The position numbers and the translations under genes are program-made. Shown one piece after another: positions 26,701 through 40,312 of a DNA stretch of 64,000 nt. Source of the DNA: Tubulanus polymorphus (taxonomy: Eukaryota > Animalia > Nemertea); NCBI RefSeq assembly GCF_964204645.1, contig NC_134025.1, forward strand, positions 16,901,101-16,965,100. The letters are read 5' to 3'. A model generated the notes under the pieces. The model was given only the letters and a program-made list of their open reading frames with translations. It had not been told where the DNA came from and did no database searches. The number at the start of each line of letters is the position of its first letter. Positions within the stretch are counted from its first letter, which is position 1.

Positions 26701-27277
26701 ACTGGTATGTCTAATTCGTTTAATACTGGTATGTATTCACTGTCATTTAAGTTACCGTTATTACATTCATTTATAAGTCCAGTCCGAGCATTAAAATCCC
26801 CTAATAATAGGATATTTCCAAGACTTGAGTATTTGGTGCACCCTAATTCAAGTAACTGAAAGTTCTCGTCTGAATTCTTCGAACCAAATGTAGAATTAAT
26901 TGGGCTCATGTAACATGCAGCAATAAATAGAGGTTTCTGTTGGATATCATGACTTGTGGTAGGGGTATATTTTAACCAAATTATTTCAGACGAAGACCTT
27001 TCAATTAGTTCCACATTATTCTTTAAACTATTTTTACATAAAATCACTATTCCACCATAGTTTCTTTTTGCATTTATACTACGTTTCCTTGTTAGATGGA
27101 TGCTAAAATAATCCGATATTTGTGGAAACGAGTCTTCATCGGTGTGCGTTTCGGTGAGACAAACAATGTCATAATTTTCATAATTTTCTGTTTTAAAAAA
27201 TAACTGTCATTTAACTTGTTAGTGTACTGGTTAGACAGTCCTTGGATGTTCCACGCACCTATGTTGAGCATTTTCAC
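23781..27277 (-). pseudogene. LINE B ORF2: APE, RT and CCHC, with stops and frameshifts
   Basis: AWNIQGL, GDFNAR, VVDL, SDH, KSPGPDG, NYRGITL, DFRKAFD, QGNTLSPMLF, LYADD, YKYLG, ELGRLP, IEKGRY...RLCSRCGVVEDEFHFVMEC. Confidence 0.93.
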
Positions 27278-27299
27278 GGACTCTGGTAGTTATTGCGGT

Positions 27300-29320
27300 C
27301 TAACCAAACTCTCGTCTACGAGTGAAAAGGTTTAAGGCTCGTCGCACTGAGCTTGCAAGATTGTTCGCAAAACGTTTTATACCATCTCTATCGTTAATAT
27401 GCACCGGATCTCGGTAAAAGTGTTGGCGATTGTTGAGGTTCTCGTGGCGGCATACGAAAGTGTTTTTGTCAAATTCCGCATGGCTTTCAAAAGTCGCATT
27501 GAATATACGTGACTGTATGTCGTATCTGTTATGATCGAATCTAGGCGGCACTAGCGATGTCACTAATTTAGTCTCCGGAAATTTGTTTTTGATTTCATTG
27601 ACAAGATCAATATAATGGTCCACACACTTATCGGCACTATTTGTGTTACGGATATCATTGGTCCCTACATGAAGGACAATACACGACGGATTTTCACTGA
27701 TATCCCTGACAGCGCTGGATGCTTCATTTATTGTGTACGCTGTTAGTTTCTCGACGTCACACGAATCGTTAACAAAACGGTCAGGATCAATGAGCTTCGT
27801 ATTAGAATCACCTATGATAACCACTCGTCCACGCTCACGACGACTACGAGTGCTGCGGCTACGCTTGTCACCATGGTGAGATGTTCGTCGACTTCGTTTA
27901 TGGACGACTTCGAATGACGCATGACGATCACTAGTTTCCGGACAGTCGTATACGCTTTCATCACTGGGACTATCGGTAGTCAGTGGGTTACGGTGAGAAT
28001 GGGCATCCGGACTGCGCGACTCATTCAATTTCTCGACATTCGATTTTTCACGCGAGCCCTTTCCTGCAGGTCTTTCACCTCGTTTCTCAAATCATTGTCA
28101 TCATTATATTTCTGTAGGATGTCTTTTATCCTGCAGGCGTTCCTGTCGACAACTTTTTTCAGGTGGTCGACGCCCTTTTCCAAGTTCGGTAGCGGCGTTG
28201 ACAGTTCAGAGATACGGTCGATTCGTATGATCGCGTCATCAATTTTAGTATGTATGGATTTTAGTTGAGGAGTCTGTACGCATTGGTTCACTTGTTGAGT
28301 TAGGGTGACTATGGAGGCCTGCAGTGACTTAAACATATCCAGAATCTCGGCACCATCTAGTATTGTAGAGCTGGAGTCAGTCTGGCAGGCAGCATTAGCA
28401 GAGAAGTTGTGGATTTCCACAGACGTACTGCCATCTTTAAATGACTTCATATCGGCAGGTTCGGAAGTTTGGGCGTCATCGGCTTTTCGAACCAGGTTAG
28501 ACGGGTTACATAGCGGGCAGATGTAGATCTCATGTATGTCGGACGTTATCCGGGCCATGTCTTGTTTCGGGAGGCCAGTACATAGATTATGCGTCCAGCT
28601 TTCACATAAAGAGCATTGAACCATCTGTCTGTTATCTGGGTTTTGGCAAACGGTGCAACTAGACTTTTGAGGAAGTTGTTTGGGTCCATTCTGAGGCGAC
28701 TGGTGGCCTAACTGGCTCTGTTTAGGTTTATTCAGTTTTTCCAACATTTTCGGGAAGGTGTCACTCACCCAGAGTAGGTACGAGTTCCCTTGGATATACA
28801 GCTTGGGAGTCTTTTTCGTTGACCCTCTATACAGAGTTGCGTAAATGGTACCCAATTCGTTGTTCTGGCTGTCAGTATACATTCCAGTAAACTGAAGACC
28901 GTGATCCCCGCGGTCTATCGGATTACCATAGCTAGCGCGGAGTACCTCGAGGATCGACTTCGCTTTTTCTTTGCATAGCTCTATTACCACTGACTGTGTT
29001 TTCTCACTAATCACAACCTTGCGGCTTAACAAACCTAGTTCATCATCAGGTGAGTTTACCGTAGTTCTGCTGCTGGATCTTCTCTCAGATTTCTGGCCTT
29101 GCTGGAGTATATGGTCTCTCAGTTGGGTGTAGGCCTACGCAGAGTTCAGTTTCTGGAACGAGGTGGTGGCATCAGATCTGTTGCACTTATCAGGGTGTAT
29201 TTCTTTAGCAATGGAGATGTATTTGATCCTAACATCATCAAGGCTTGAAGGCAGCTTATCGAGTTCTAAGATTTCGAGAAGTTCCGCGATGTTATTTCCG
29301 GGTTCCATGGGCGCCGCCAT
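27300..29320 (-). pseudogene. LINE B ORF1: DnaJ domain, PHD finger, coiled coil and SGNH esterase
   Basis: EILEL..DDVRIKY..AKEIHPDK..FQKLNSA(Y); PHD CTVC...MVQCSLCESWTHNLC...YICPLC; SGNH IIGDSN, LHVGTND, DPVH. In-frame TAG at 29135-29137 and one frameshift near 28030. Confidence 0.85.
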
Positions 29321-29526
29321 ATTGGATTTTATATGCAATACCGACGGAAAAGTTTCACAATAAATTTCACACATGAATATACGACGATCGACGAATATTA
29401 CAGACCAGAACGTTGTTCGGCTTTCTTATCTTTCTATAGCACATAGCCTTTTCTGCCTACGTCGGGGTAAACAGCATTAAATTGTAATTTTCTCCGGACA
29501 CGTAGTTTGTTGTGATCACACGTGTG

Positions 29527-29577
29527 TATATATGATACCGACGCCACCTGATCCTTTTTTTATGTGAAATTTACATA
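29527..29577 (-). pseudogene. 5' remnant of the LINE A endonuclease
   Basis: Removing LINE B restores CKFHIKKGSGGVGIIYRKFMKNKIKP (the APE SGGV motif). Confidence 0.8.
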
Positions 29578-30256
29578 CAGCGCCACCCGTTGATAGTGAA
29601 ACTAACCCGAGCTATACGGGTGTTAAATAGATACGCTAGCAAACCGGCATTCTCATAATGCGTGTTCACTTTCACGGAATGATTAACTTCACTACCAATG
29701 TACCACTGAAATTGACACATTGTCTCAGGGGGTTGTTATGTTCAACATTAAATCAAAGAAATGGACAACAGTTCAGTAACATATTTCCATCCCAAACGAT
29801 GATTTTAATAATTGAAAATTGGGCCAGGTGAGAATCAAAATTGCGTTGTCACCATCAATTAAAGTATATAAATCGTTTAATTCGGCTTGGTTTACATTCG
29901 GATTTTCACATATTTCGGACTAAAATTGTCCATTTCTTTGATTTTATGTTATCAATTTACAGTAGGCCTACCGGCCCTACACCAAGACGAAATCATTTTA
30001 GAAAGCACCATGGTGCCTTCTCGGCCGCACGGAAAATTATCGTAATAAATGGATTCCGTATCTTATATTTACAGTGAATCAAGAGGTTTTAAACCTATAT
30101 CTAATGCACATAGAACCAAAATCAGTGCGACTTATAATAAAAATAAACTGTAAATTATCATGTGAGTTATCATTTGACATCAACCGAAATCAGTTTTTGT
30201 ATCGGCTAAAGCCCAACGCACACGGCAAAACATTTGTTTCGCCGAAACAGAAAACG

Positions 30257-30391
<135 letters not shown>

Positions 30392-30870
30392 CTGATTTGG
30401 ATATTATCGGAGCTACCCTTTATTGACATTCACAGTTGGCGGATTGTTGAACGTTTAGCCTGCATGTAAATTCTTGTCTTCCGTCGTCGTCGGCAGTAGG
30501 CCTAAGGTAGTACTGCAAGCTCGTAGCCGTCGCAAACAAGTCGGAGGAAAAGTGGTAAGGCCATTTTTTTATTGTCTCCACAGGGACTTGACACAAAAGG
30601 AATATATTATAAGGATTATAATTGTCATCCGATTTACTTGAACTCAATTTTCGAGGAAAGATAATAAGCATCTTGTAGTACTGTGTTAGCTATATCATCT
30701 AATCCATAAAAGATTCATATAGCTCCAATCTTACTGAAAGAAAGCTTTTTGGAATGGAGAGGGCTCAAATAACAACAGGCCTATGCTTTTTATATTTTTG
30801 AATTATCTTCAGTAGTTTTCGAGATATCGCAAATTGAAGTTTGAAAATTTGAGTGAAAAGTGTCTTATAT

Positions 30871-31168
30871 GGTTGTACTCCTGTAGGCCCATCTTATGGA
30901 CTGAAGCCTACATGCACAGTCTTTCACATAAGTCCCAGACTTAAGTAAGGCTGTGTCCCGGACATGTTAAATGCATAGCCCTTGCAATCATGCACCGGGC
31001 TGTACTTCCGTAGGCCTGTCTTATGGACTAAGGCCTACATGCACAGTCTTTTCGCATAAGTCCCAGATTTATGGCCGTGTCCCAGAGACTGTCTTCATTT
31101 GCATAGCCCTGCCACGGCTGTACTCCCGTAGGCTAGTCTAAAGGACTAAAGCCTACATGCACAGTCTT
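30871..31168. repeat. ~120-127 bp diverged tandem repeat, ~2.4 copies
   Basis: GGCTGTACTCCCGTAGGC...GCCTACATGCACAGTCTT occurs three times. Confidence 0.8.
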
Positions 31169-31409
31169 CCTTTCGGCTACAAAAGAAACTTACCAACACG
31201 AGTAATGACGAGACCATAGGCCTAAGAGAAAATTCCGCTTCGACCGGTACTCCGAAAACGAAGTGGCTTCTGCTGAGATTGCCACGCCATGCAGTGAGAT
31301 ATATTGAGATGATTTCAAGTGAAATTATTTTTTTCACAACAAAATTATTGAAATGAATCAAACATGATTGTCGAGACCTGTCAGTCAGGATTATGCTTGA
31401 TTAGTCTAG

Positions 31410-32138
31410 TACCTAGCCGTTGTTCCTGAAACAACGTCTAGGGCGAAAGTGCTCATATAAGGTTAATTTTCGTCCCTCATTTTGAGGGACGAAGCTTTGA
31501 GCGTCTATTTCACCCCTTAAAACACCCCCAACTTACCTCAAACTGACTGTTCTGTAATCAGATGGAAGGTAACTATTGTTTGTGCATAAATTTGTAATCC
31601 TAAGTAGCTTTTGACGATCGTAGTAGCTCAAAACTTTTGACTAGTCGCCTCAAAAAACAGTTGAAGTGAAGCAACATAACAAATATGGCGGCTTTTCGTG
31701 GTGCATGATGGGAGTGTAAATTACGGATTCGAACTTAAACTTGGTGCCAATGCAGATATTAATCTTGTTTCAAGTTATTAAGGTTAAAATTGACCAAAAT
31801 TTATGCGTTTTATCAACAAAAAATAACATTTAGAGTAATTTTAGAGAGACATATTGAATTTTCACATTTTATTAATTTAGTCCGTATTGGAAATCCCGAT
31901 AGTGGCAATCAATTCAAATCAAATCAATAAATTCTCCGGTTCGCGATTTAAATCATCAAAAAATTTATTATAAAACACGTTTTCAAAGTCAACAAGGTAA
32001 CTAATTTATTTATTTTAGTACAAAGGTTTGATTTGACACTAAAATCAGTTGTTGCATTGCAATTAACAGGAGTTAACCTCTATAGGCCTATGATACTTTT
32101 GCGTCAGACGTTGTACGGACCTGTAACAACGACTGGTA
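31410..32138. mobile_element. MITE-like element with imperfect terminal inverted repeats
   Basis: TACCTAGCCGTTGTT...ACAACGTCT...CATATAAGGTTAA is matched in reverse complement at 32072-32138. It interrupts a repeat seen intact at 48714-49090. Confidence 0.55.
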
Positions 32139-33325
32139 TTCAGACTAATGCTTGATAGGCCTAGAGGCCTATTGCAAATTGATTATATAGGCCTATCAAT
32201 ATACCAATAATAAATATTATTTGCTTAATGAATTTATTAAAGAATAGCAGAAAATCAGGCTTGGCTTAGCTCAAAACTCTAAAATTTGAAACATTTTCAT
32301 GATTTCATAATAACATCAATCAGTTAGAAAACATAAACCAAGCAATAGTAATAATACTAATAATAATAACTAAATAATAATCCATTTGTTTTGTTTTGAG
32401 CTTGATTTCAACATTATCTTGTATATGATTCAATTTTGCTGCTTTTGCACAATCCCCTCCCATCATGCGCCTCTATTTTTGCCCATCACAAGCCTCAATT
32501 CATCCTCAAGCCTCATTCATTAGAGGCCTCCCTCTTTCAACAGCCACTTTACTGACGGGAGCATAGTGGCAGTCAGCGCGCGCCAAAAAAAAATTTTTTT
32601 TTCGGATCATTTCGCCGAATCTGTGCTAATATTCAGAAATATAGAGATAAATAATTATGATTCGCAAAATAAATACAAATAAAGCTGCGATAGGCCTAAC
32701 TGTTTTCTGCCTTGCTGGATAGATTGGAATGCAGGAATGCATGCAAAAATTTCACTGAAATCAGTTCGTAATGTGTGTCAAGTTAGGGGGAAATAATATC
32801 GACGACGAGTCGGGGTTCATAGTCTCATTCCATGACTTTCAAGCAACTTTTTGAGCACCAATTCAATGACCTGATTCGTCGTTTGAATTGACAATAATAG
32901 ACCACAATTAAATGACTTCGACTATTAAATGCATTAGGCCTATATCAAAATACTTTGAATTATATTTGATACAGAAACATTATTTTACATACAAATTATT
33001 CAAATAAAGATTATCATATTATATCAAAAACAGTATATCCGGTATGACCAACAGTAGGAGTTTAACATATACTCTAATTATCCTTTTTCCTTTGATAATT
33101 TCATGTTTCTGATGAATGTTTTCATCTAGATTTGACAGTTCTGTACGCTTTTCCTTTGCAGATCTTCGAAATGTAACAGATTTTGCTATAAGAGTATGGA
33201 CTTCCTGAAGCACCATTGCTTTTTCTGCTTGTTCAGCAAACTTGTCAGTAGATGTTTGTAAAGAGTCAATATCGCCCTCAACCAACTTCCTTTTCATTTT
33301 TCAAGTTTCTAACTCAATACATTCC

Positions 33326-33570
33326 TTTTTAGCCCACTTGGGACTTTAGTCCCAGCGGGCTATTGCGTTCACTTTTCGTCCGTCCATCCGTAGACGGAAT
33401 CCAGTTATTTTGGGATGTTTTGAAGACGCTTCAATGTAATGTCTTGATATTTGGGTTACACATGTATCTACCCTAGACACATCTTCAGCCCAAAAACTCG
33501 CCCTGTCAGTATCAAGATGGCCGACTGGCAGCCATTGTTGTTAGCCAAAATCAACGCTTTTTACACATTT
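33326..33570 (+). mobile_element. Non-autonomous Helentron/HINE-like repeat
   Basis: TTTTAGCCCACTTGGGACTT-AGTCCCAGCGGGCTATTG followed by a (CGTC)n microsatellite; a related copy lies at 63517-63635. Confidence 0.5.
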
Positions 33571-34674
33571 TTGTCAGCAGTATGAGGTTGGCATTGAGCC
33601 AATTCATGTAAAATCGCGGTACGTTTTTTTATGTGAGCATTTTTTTCATTGGTTTCTCGGGTTAAACGACGTATAATCGATGCGATTGAAGACATGACGA
33701 ACCTCCGTCGATGACATGGTCAACTTTGTTTAAATTCGACGCAAAAACTGTTTTTGGCGGAAAAATTCTTAGCTCTTGCGTATAAAATTGCAATGACCTC
33801 GATACGGAGGCGTCATCTCTACGAGCGAATGTGATTGGCTGTTTTTGGGATATACAGGGAATTCCGGCGCTACTAAAATAATTATGGGAACGCCATTAAT
33901 GGCGAACGTTTCATTGGACTATGTGCTGTATATGTGCGAATTTTAAATGCTCATTGCTGGTGAGAATATAATCATTTCACATATCGCCATAGGTATTGTT
34001 TCATTTTAATACCCGGTGAATGTGTTGATTGAGATTGAGGTGACGCAAACGTTCACTATATGTCAAGGCCTCCACGTGCGCGGGAGTGCTAACATTAGAC
34101 TGTTTGCGCATAAAAACACACGCTCATACAGACTTCTATATGGTGATGCTGTAACCCTGCTCGGCGCGTGCACGTTTGATATGATAACAGGCTGAATAAT
34201 CGTCGTAGCAGATGAGCGCTGTGTTTTCTGTTTGATAGAATTTGTAATAAATTTTCTTGTGACCTGAAAATACTAAGCAGCAAACTATAGGTATAGGCCG
34301 AGGTCTGAATATTGTAGTGGTAAATTCCAGGATTTAAAACGATTTATCTAATACTACGTCGCGGTTTTAGCTTCCGCGGCCATACATTAGAAAAGGTTTC
34401 GTTTCCAAGACTCATCAGCCACCCTCTGATATGTGACATCATGAATTTTATTTGAATATTTTTTCATATTGTGAAAAATAGTTCTTTGAAAATATAAAAT
34501 AGTTTCCAATGCCGCGCCTACCTGTACCCTACGAAATTTTGGACGTAGACCATAAACAAATGTTTATCTTTGGTCTTATTTGACTACAAAATAATTCCTT
34601 AAGAAAGATAAAATACAATATAGCTGCAAAGCAGCGATAACGGGTTTTCTGCACAGTCTTAGAATCCTGTTCAA

Positions 34675-34905
34675 CGGTGGATTTCGACGAAGCATTTGAT
34701 AATGCACAACATCAACCATCACTAAACAGGCTATTAGGAAACAGTATCCATGATAGGTCGCTCAAATGGCTCAGCAGTTATCTCTGAACGAAAACTTGTA
34801 ACCGAAATCAACGGAACACCTCATCTTGGAATAAGTCGATCTAACTAGAGGAGTCACGCATGGTAGTATCCTGAGCTGTCTTCTGTTTAATTTCCTAACA
34901 AATAA
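34675..34905 (+). pseudogene. Degenerate CR1/L2 reverse transcriptase fragment
   Basis: VDFDEAFD, LKWLSSYL and a degenerate GV.HGSILSCLLF motif. Confidence 0.55.
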
Positions 34906-37900
34906 CATATACAGAAATCCAAAATATACCAGACCGAGTAAATTTCCACAACGACCTTAACACGCCGTTCGACCAAAAAACTTAATGTTCCGACAAGAAA
35001 ATCTTGTTCGAATGAAAACAATTCTGTTTGATCGAACAATACGCTTTTTGTTTGAACCAAAAATTTTCTTCATTCTGACAAAAAAATGTGTTTGAATAAA
35101 AAGCTATGTTATTGTTGGAATGAAAAACTTTTTGTCCCGGCAAAAAAAAAACCTGATGAATATCACCGGCCAAGGATGGCAGCAATGGCTTGTCTGTCTG
35201 GTACGCAGTCAAGAACGGTGTGATAGTTTTTGCTATTGAAACATAAGTGTGTAACTAACTGTAAGTGTGTAACCGGTATCACTAAACTTGATGCAGCTAG
35301 GTCTTTTATGAATTGATACGGTTTGGATATCGGTATATCTGCTTTCTTTAACGTCTGTACGTGTTCTACAAACGTAACAATATACGGCGAAATTTCAGTA
35401 GCACATTCTGGTGCTGGTAAATCATTAAGCCACCTAAAACAGAGAATCACTCAAGGAATTCAATTGTAAAATTTTTGTGATAATATGTATAACTTATGAA
35501 ATAATATCTATCAATCACTTACCTAGTGGCACAGAACTTTTGCGGAAATGTTTTGGTACCTGTTATCTTCGTGAACATTTCTCTTCTGGCCGGTGCGTTT
35601 TTGAACAGGTTGTAAAGATTAACCATTAGTGTCTCAATATCCCAGTCAGTAGCTTGGTCACCTGTTTTGAATGCGTTGTGTATGACATGCAATCCACAAC
35701 TGCCGATGTTGAGTATTCTCGTACGGGTGTTACCCGTGTTGGCTATTTCATCTTGCAATAGTTCATAAAATCTCCAATTTACATTGGGTCCATCCATAGA
35801 TAATGGAATTAGTTTTGAATAGTCCAGATCACGGAAACGCTCAGTAAAGGATCGAAGCATATCTTCTGCTTTAGCTTGACCAATAAAGTCTGATCCATAA
35901 TATGAAGACCGAACTTGGTCATAGTCCCAGCATCTTATCAAAACATCTAATTGTTCTGTTTGAGTCCGTTGATTCAGAGATTCGTCGAAAAGTAAAACAT
36001 ATTCTTGGTCCTTAATATTTCTGGGCATAAGGTCTTTTATATGAGGCATAATCCCAAAACGAACAATGTACGAGATTTTTCGTTCACTTAATGAAAATTG
36101 TTCTGCTATTCTACTGTCCGGAAAACATTCCTTGACTATGTTGTTGAATCCGGAACAAGAGCTGTAGCTGTGGTGGCTATTTATCAAATTCAAAGCAATC
36201 TTGATTTCCGATTTCAAGACAGCATCTTTCGAAACATATGAATCCATTGAACTATAAAATAGAATAATATGAAGATGTTATATTTTCTATTTGCAAACTA
36301 AACCCGTTTAACAAGAGATAATTACTTGAAGTAAAGATAAACTTACCTTGATGATAGTTGAGCGTTACATGCATTTGCTGACAAAACTGTACGATTATAA
36401 CTCGAACATGAATACATGTTATCCAAAGATACTGTAGACTTTGCCAATTCAGTCGATGCCAAATGTAATTTACTTTTCATGTGGCTTTTCAAAGCAGCTT
36501 CTCCCATGTTACTAATACTGAAACTTCGATGTCATATTTAATACCTGGCTTCCCTCATATCTTTACATTTATCGATCTATTGGCTATAGGCCTAATCGTC
36601 ACGCTCTACATTTTCCAGGCATTCTTATGATCATTTTCCTGGCATTCTTATGATCAGTAGATTTTAAGAGTTTTAACAGTGAACTTTTAACTGTGACCTG
36701 CAGATGATAACTAATGACCGATCTTCTAAAAACCATTTGAAAACTTGTCTCAGCAATAATTGAATTAGTATGTAATAATTGTAGCGTAGTACATATAATC
36801 AAAATTAACTTTAATTGATTACCACTAGATACAGTAGTAGTTTGTCACCATTGCTAATTTCAAATGAAAAATCAATTGAAACATCAGAAGAGTCAAGAGA
36901 ACAAAAGCAGGCCACTAACGGATCACACGTTTTGCCTATAGCAAATTACATTCAATTGGAATATAAATTAGACAGTGTGTTGCCATTATATTTGCATTGA
37001 CCAGAATCATTGTCTTCATTGTAGTTGAGATGAATCAAGACATGTGTGAACTAGACCTAACAATGCAATGATCAGATCTGATAATGTACAATGCCTAAGC
37101 TATAGATTCTCTGTGACTAAAAACTTCAAAATCTATTCGCGCGGTAAGGTAGATCGCTCTCAATGACCATGGCCATGAATCAATGACTTTAGAGGCAATT
37201 CCATGACTTTCAAGGCCTTGAATTGACCTATTCCCATTTCATGACTTTCCATGACTTTCGCTATGAACCCTCATTTCGTGAACCTGAATGGCAAAAACAT
37301 TGTATCTTTGTTATTCTTGAGTCGAGAATAACAAAGAAACAATGTTTTTTGACAATGATCGGTATGTACTGTAGGAAATATAGTATTGATAAATGGTTGA
37401 AGCCCGCGGCCAATTGAAGTAATATATTCTTTTATTTTGATACCTCGTCGACGCAACAGCTTTTCTCCTCTACATCTCTTCGTCATGTTTTATTTAGGCC
37501 TAAGACTCACTGGCACTCTTATGATTTATCCTAGTAAATACACATTAAATTTGGTAAAGAAAAATAGGTATTGTTAAACTAACTGTTTGAAGCACGCGGC
37601 CAAATCACTGGCTGTAATAACTTAAAGAAAATACTGACAAACTCATAAATTTGTACTGACAGCATATTTCTGAGGTTGGCGGGTCTGCGCTAGACGGTAT
37701 TCGTTCATTTTCCCTCCGGTTATTTTCCCTCCAGTCAATTTCCCTTAGTCATTATCCCTCTGATTGTTTTCTCTCCTAAAACGATCGTTTTCCCTCCAAA
37801 GAATATAATGTTACACAAAGAAGGGACTTTTGTATGTTCACTTTTCTAAAATTGGTAGAAGAAGGAATAGTTAACGAGTAGGTTTACTTTTCTAATATAG

Positions 37901-38876
37901 ATATATAGTCCAATATAGATAAATTCTATGCATCCTGGAATAATAATAAATGGAATGATCCCTGGAATAATCCTGGAACCATTCATAGATCAAAGGGACT
38001 CTCGGGTTAACCCAGCATGTGAGCAGAACTCACCACTGAGATCAAGAATAGCAATCATCCATATAAATCGAAGGTAAAGTAAATTGCAGTTATCTATTTT
38101 AAAAAGCATTAACTATGATTATACTTGACATAGCAAATTACAGGTTATAACCTTATCAAATCATTTTATTTTATACTTTTCCTTCTGTTTATTATCTATT
38201 CTTATTTTTACTTTACCTTAAAACCATTTTATGACCTCAAAAATAGAATGACAAAATTCCAGATAAGTGCGCCTTCTTTTCCCTCCATTAATTATCCCCC
38301 CACCCCCAACAAAGTCTTACAAATAAGATGTTAATGTCGTTCCTTTTTAAGAAAATATCGGAAGCGCCAATGGAATCCTTATCTTCCCTCCTTTCCTATT
38401 AGATATAATGGGGGAAACACATGAAATAGGCATTGAAACAAGTAGATAATTAAAAAAGAAATTCTAATCTACCGGTATGTAAAAATTAATTATATTTCAT
38501 ATTGTTAACACCACATTATCGTTATAATAATTTTAATAATATTACAAAATATATTTACACATATTACATAAGACATTAAATAAGTTACAGTAAACTCAGA
38601 CAAGTACAATTTACACATCACACGTTTCAAATTATGCGCAGTATGACATATTTGAGTAAATTATAAGAAGGCACAGTTACAAAAAAACCGAGTAAAGAGC
38701 ACAGTAATTGAATAATATTAAACCACAGAACAATGAAATAATGATGTTTTGCCAAATCAATTGAGCAATATAGAATATTTAGCAGATATCTAATGATATG
38801 GTTCATATAATTGATAAAAGTTCATGAACATTTCAAAACTCAGTTATTTCACTCAGCACCAATGGTAATTGTCAAC

Positions 38877-40312
38877 TTAATGATTTAACAGACGCATATT
38901 CCAACCAACACCACGCAGAAATTCTGCCATATCCTTCCGCCTAGTATTACAATCCGTGCACAAATTTCTCAAACTATTTTGTAAGTCCACATATTTTGTA
39001 CGGATGTGCTTTGCCAGGCGTTGGCCAATTCGATCTTGTTCAATGATAGCACTTAACTGCAGCATTCTCGTGCTGAAATGCCTGAATAGTCCGCCAAATA
39101 GAGGGATGACGATGCCCAACAAGATTGAAGAATTTATTATTCCAACCTTCACAGAAATTATTTGTCCGCGCGCAATTATCTTAAGTAGCCTGATGTACAT
39201 TCCATTTAGCAGGAGGGAAACGTGGCGGAACCCGTCTAAATCTAATAACACCACCAGGGGCACGCACATTACGATAAGTCTCGGGAACATTATCCATTAG
39301 ATATAATAATCCATCTGGAACATCATCTATTGGTAAGAAGGCAAGTCCATCGATCATACCACAAAACAACTGGAATTCTTCATTTTCCATATAATATTGT
39401 TGTAACCCTAGCGCCTGAACCTTTCTCCACGTCGCTTGCGTTAGATGGTAAAAACATCCACGTATTCTCTCCTGTTCATCGCCATCATCGAACGCTGCCT
39501 TCGCACCTTGGTATACTGCCATCTCAAAATCTACTATAACCATCTCGGGATCGGGGAAGATGTTCTGTTGCTGACACTTCTCCAGTAACACGCTGATCAG
39601 TTCTTGATATATCTCCTTGGTCTTGCGCTGGAGAAATGCGTAGACTACTGTTATCGCCGAGTCACCACATGGCACCCTTATAATATATATCTGTTCAAAC
39701 AGCGTTGGTGTCATACTAAAGTTACCATCCATGTACCATTTAGTTGACTGGCTTAGTTTTCTGAGACATTCATTGCTTGCAAAGATAATGATTCGTGACG
39801 TGTTGTCGTTGTTATCTTGTAACAGGAACCGTTCTCCTTTTGCTTCGTCATCTTCTCGCTGGGAACCAGTAGTAGCCCAGCGGCCTTCGATGCGTAGTTC
39901 ATGTAAAGATTGCGGCTTTTTTGGTAGGTTCTTCCGTCTGTGTCTCCTGATGGCTTGCTTGCAGATGTCTTCGTTTGGCAATGATGCCTTGACTTGTTCA
40001 GGGACCTGGGCTATTACTTCTGAGTAGATCTGAACTGGCTTTTGAGTGGGATCTCTCAGCAGTCGAATTCATCTTCAATCTGGCTTTAGCTGTGGCTATT
40101 TCTGTATCACTACTACCATGGTTGTGTAGCATACTGACAACTGGATCTGTCATTGTGGCTGTGGACATCATGCTTCCTTTACAACTATCGCTCTTCTTCT
40201 TTACACATTCCCATCTTATCTTGTTATTACGCTCGTACTGTTTGATGTACAAGAAGCCATCCATACATAACTTGTGGCCTCCTCTTGACGTTTTAATAAT
40301 TTCTTGCGGCAT
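38877..40312 (-). pseudogene. FLYWCH-MULE transposase, frameshifted
   Basis: SRGGHKLCMDGFLY...WEC...C...HNH (FLYWCH), WYMDGNF, VDFE, GCFYHL, RTNNFCEGWNNKF. Confidence 0.9.

Larger units (their letters stand above)
23543..29526 (-). mobile_element. LINE B, full-length (~6.0 kb) RTE-X-like element
   Basis: TSD TATATA (23537-23542 and 29527-29532); 3' (TTGAA)n tail after AATAAA; 5' UTR, ORF1 and ORF2 all present. Confidence 0.9.
33019..36600 (-). pseudogene. Intron-containing hAT-family transposase
   Basis: N-terminal zinc finger (SISNMGEAALKSHMKSKLH), FDES, SMDGPNVN, GSCGLHVIHNAFK, FPQKFCATR|W across an intron, C-terminal helical part at 33019-33297. Confidence 0.8.
32811..37272 (-). mobile_element. 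hAT-like DNA transposon, decayed, with nested insertions
   Basis: Ends CGGGGTTCATAG...CTATGAACCCTC with subterminal CCATGACTTT repeats; transposase fragments inside; no clear TSD. Confidence 0.7.

Noticed and set aside
29135-29374. Independent host DnaJ gene
   Set aside because: It lies inside the LINE TSDs and is in frame with the rest of ORF1
33750-33840. E2F site (TTTTGGCGGAAAA) plus CCAAT as a host promoter
   Set aside because: It lies within nested repeats inside the hAT element, with no associated gene found
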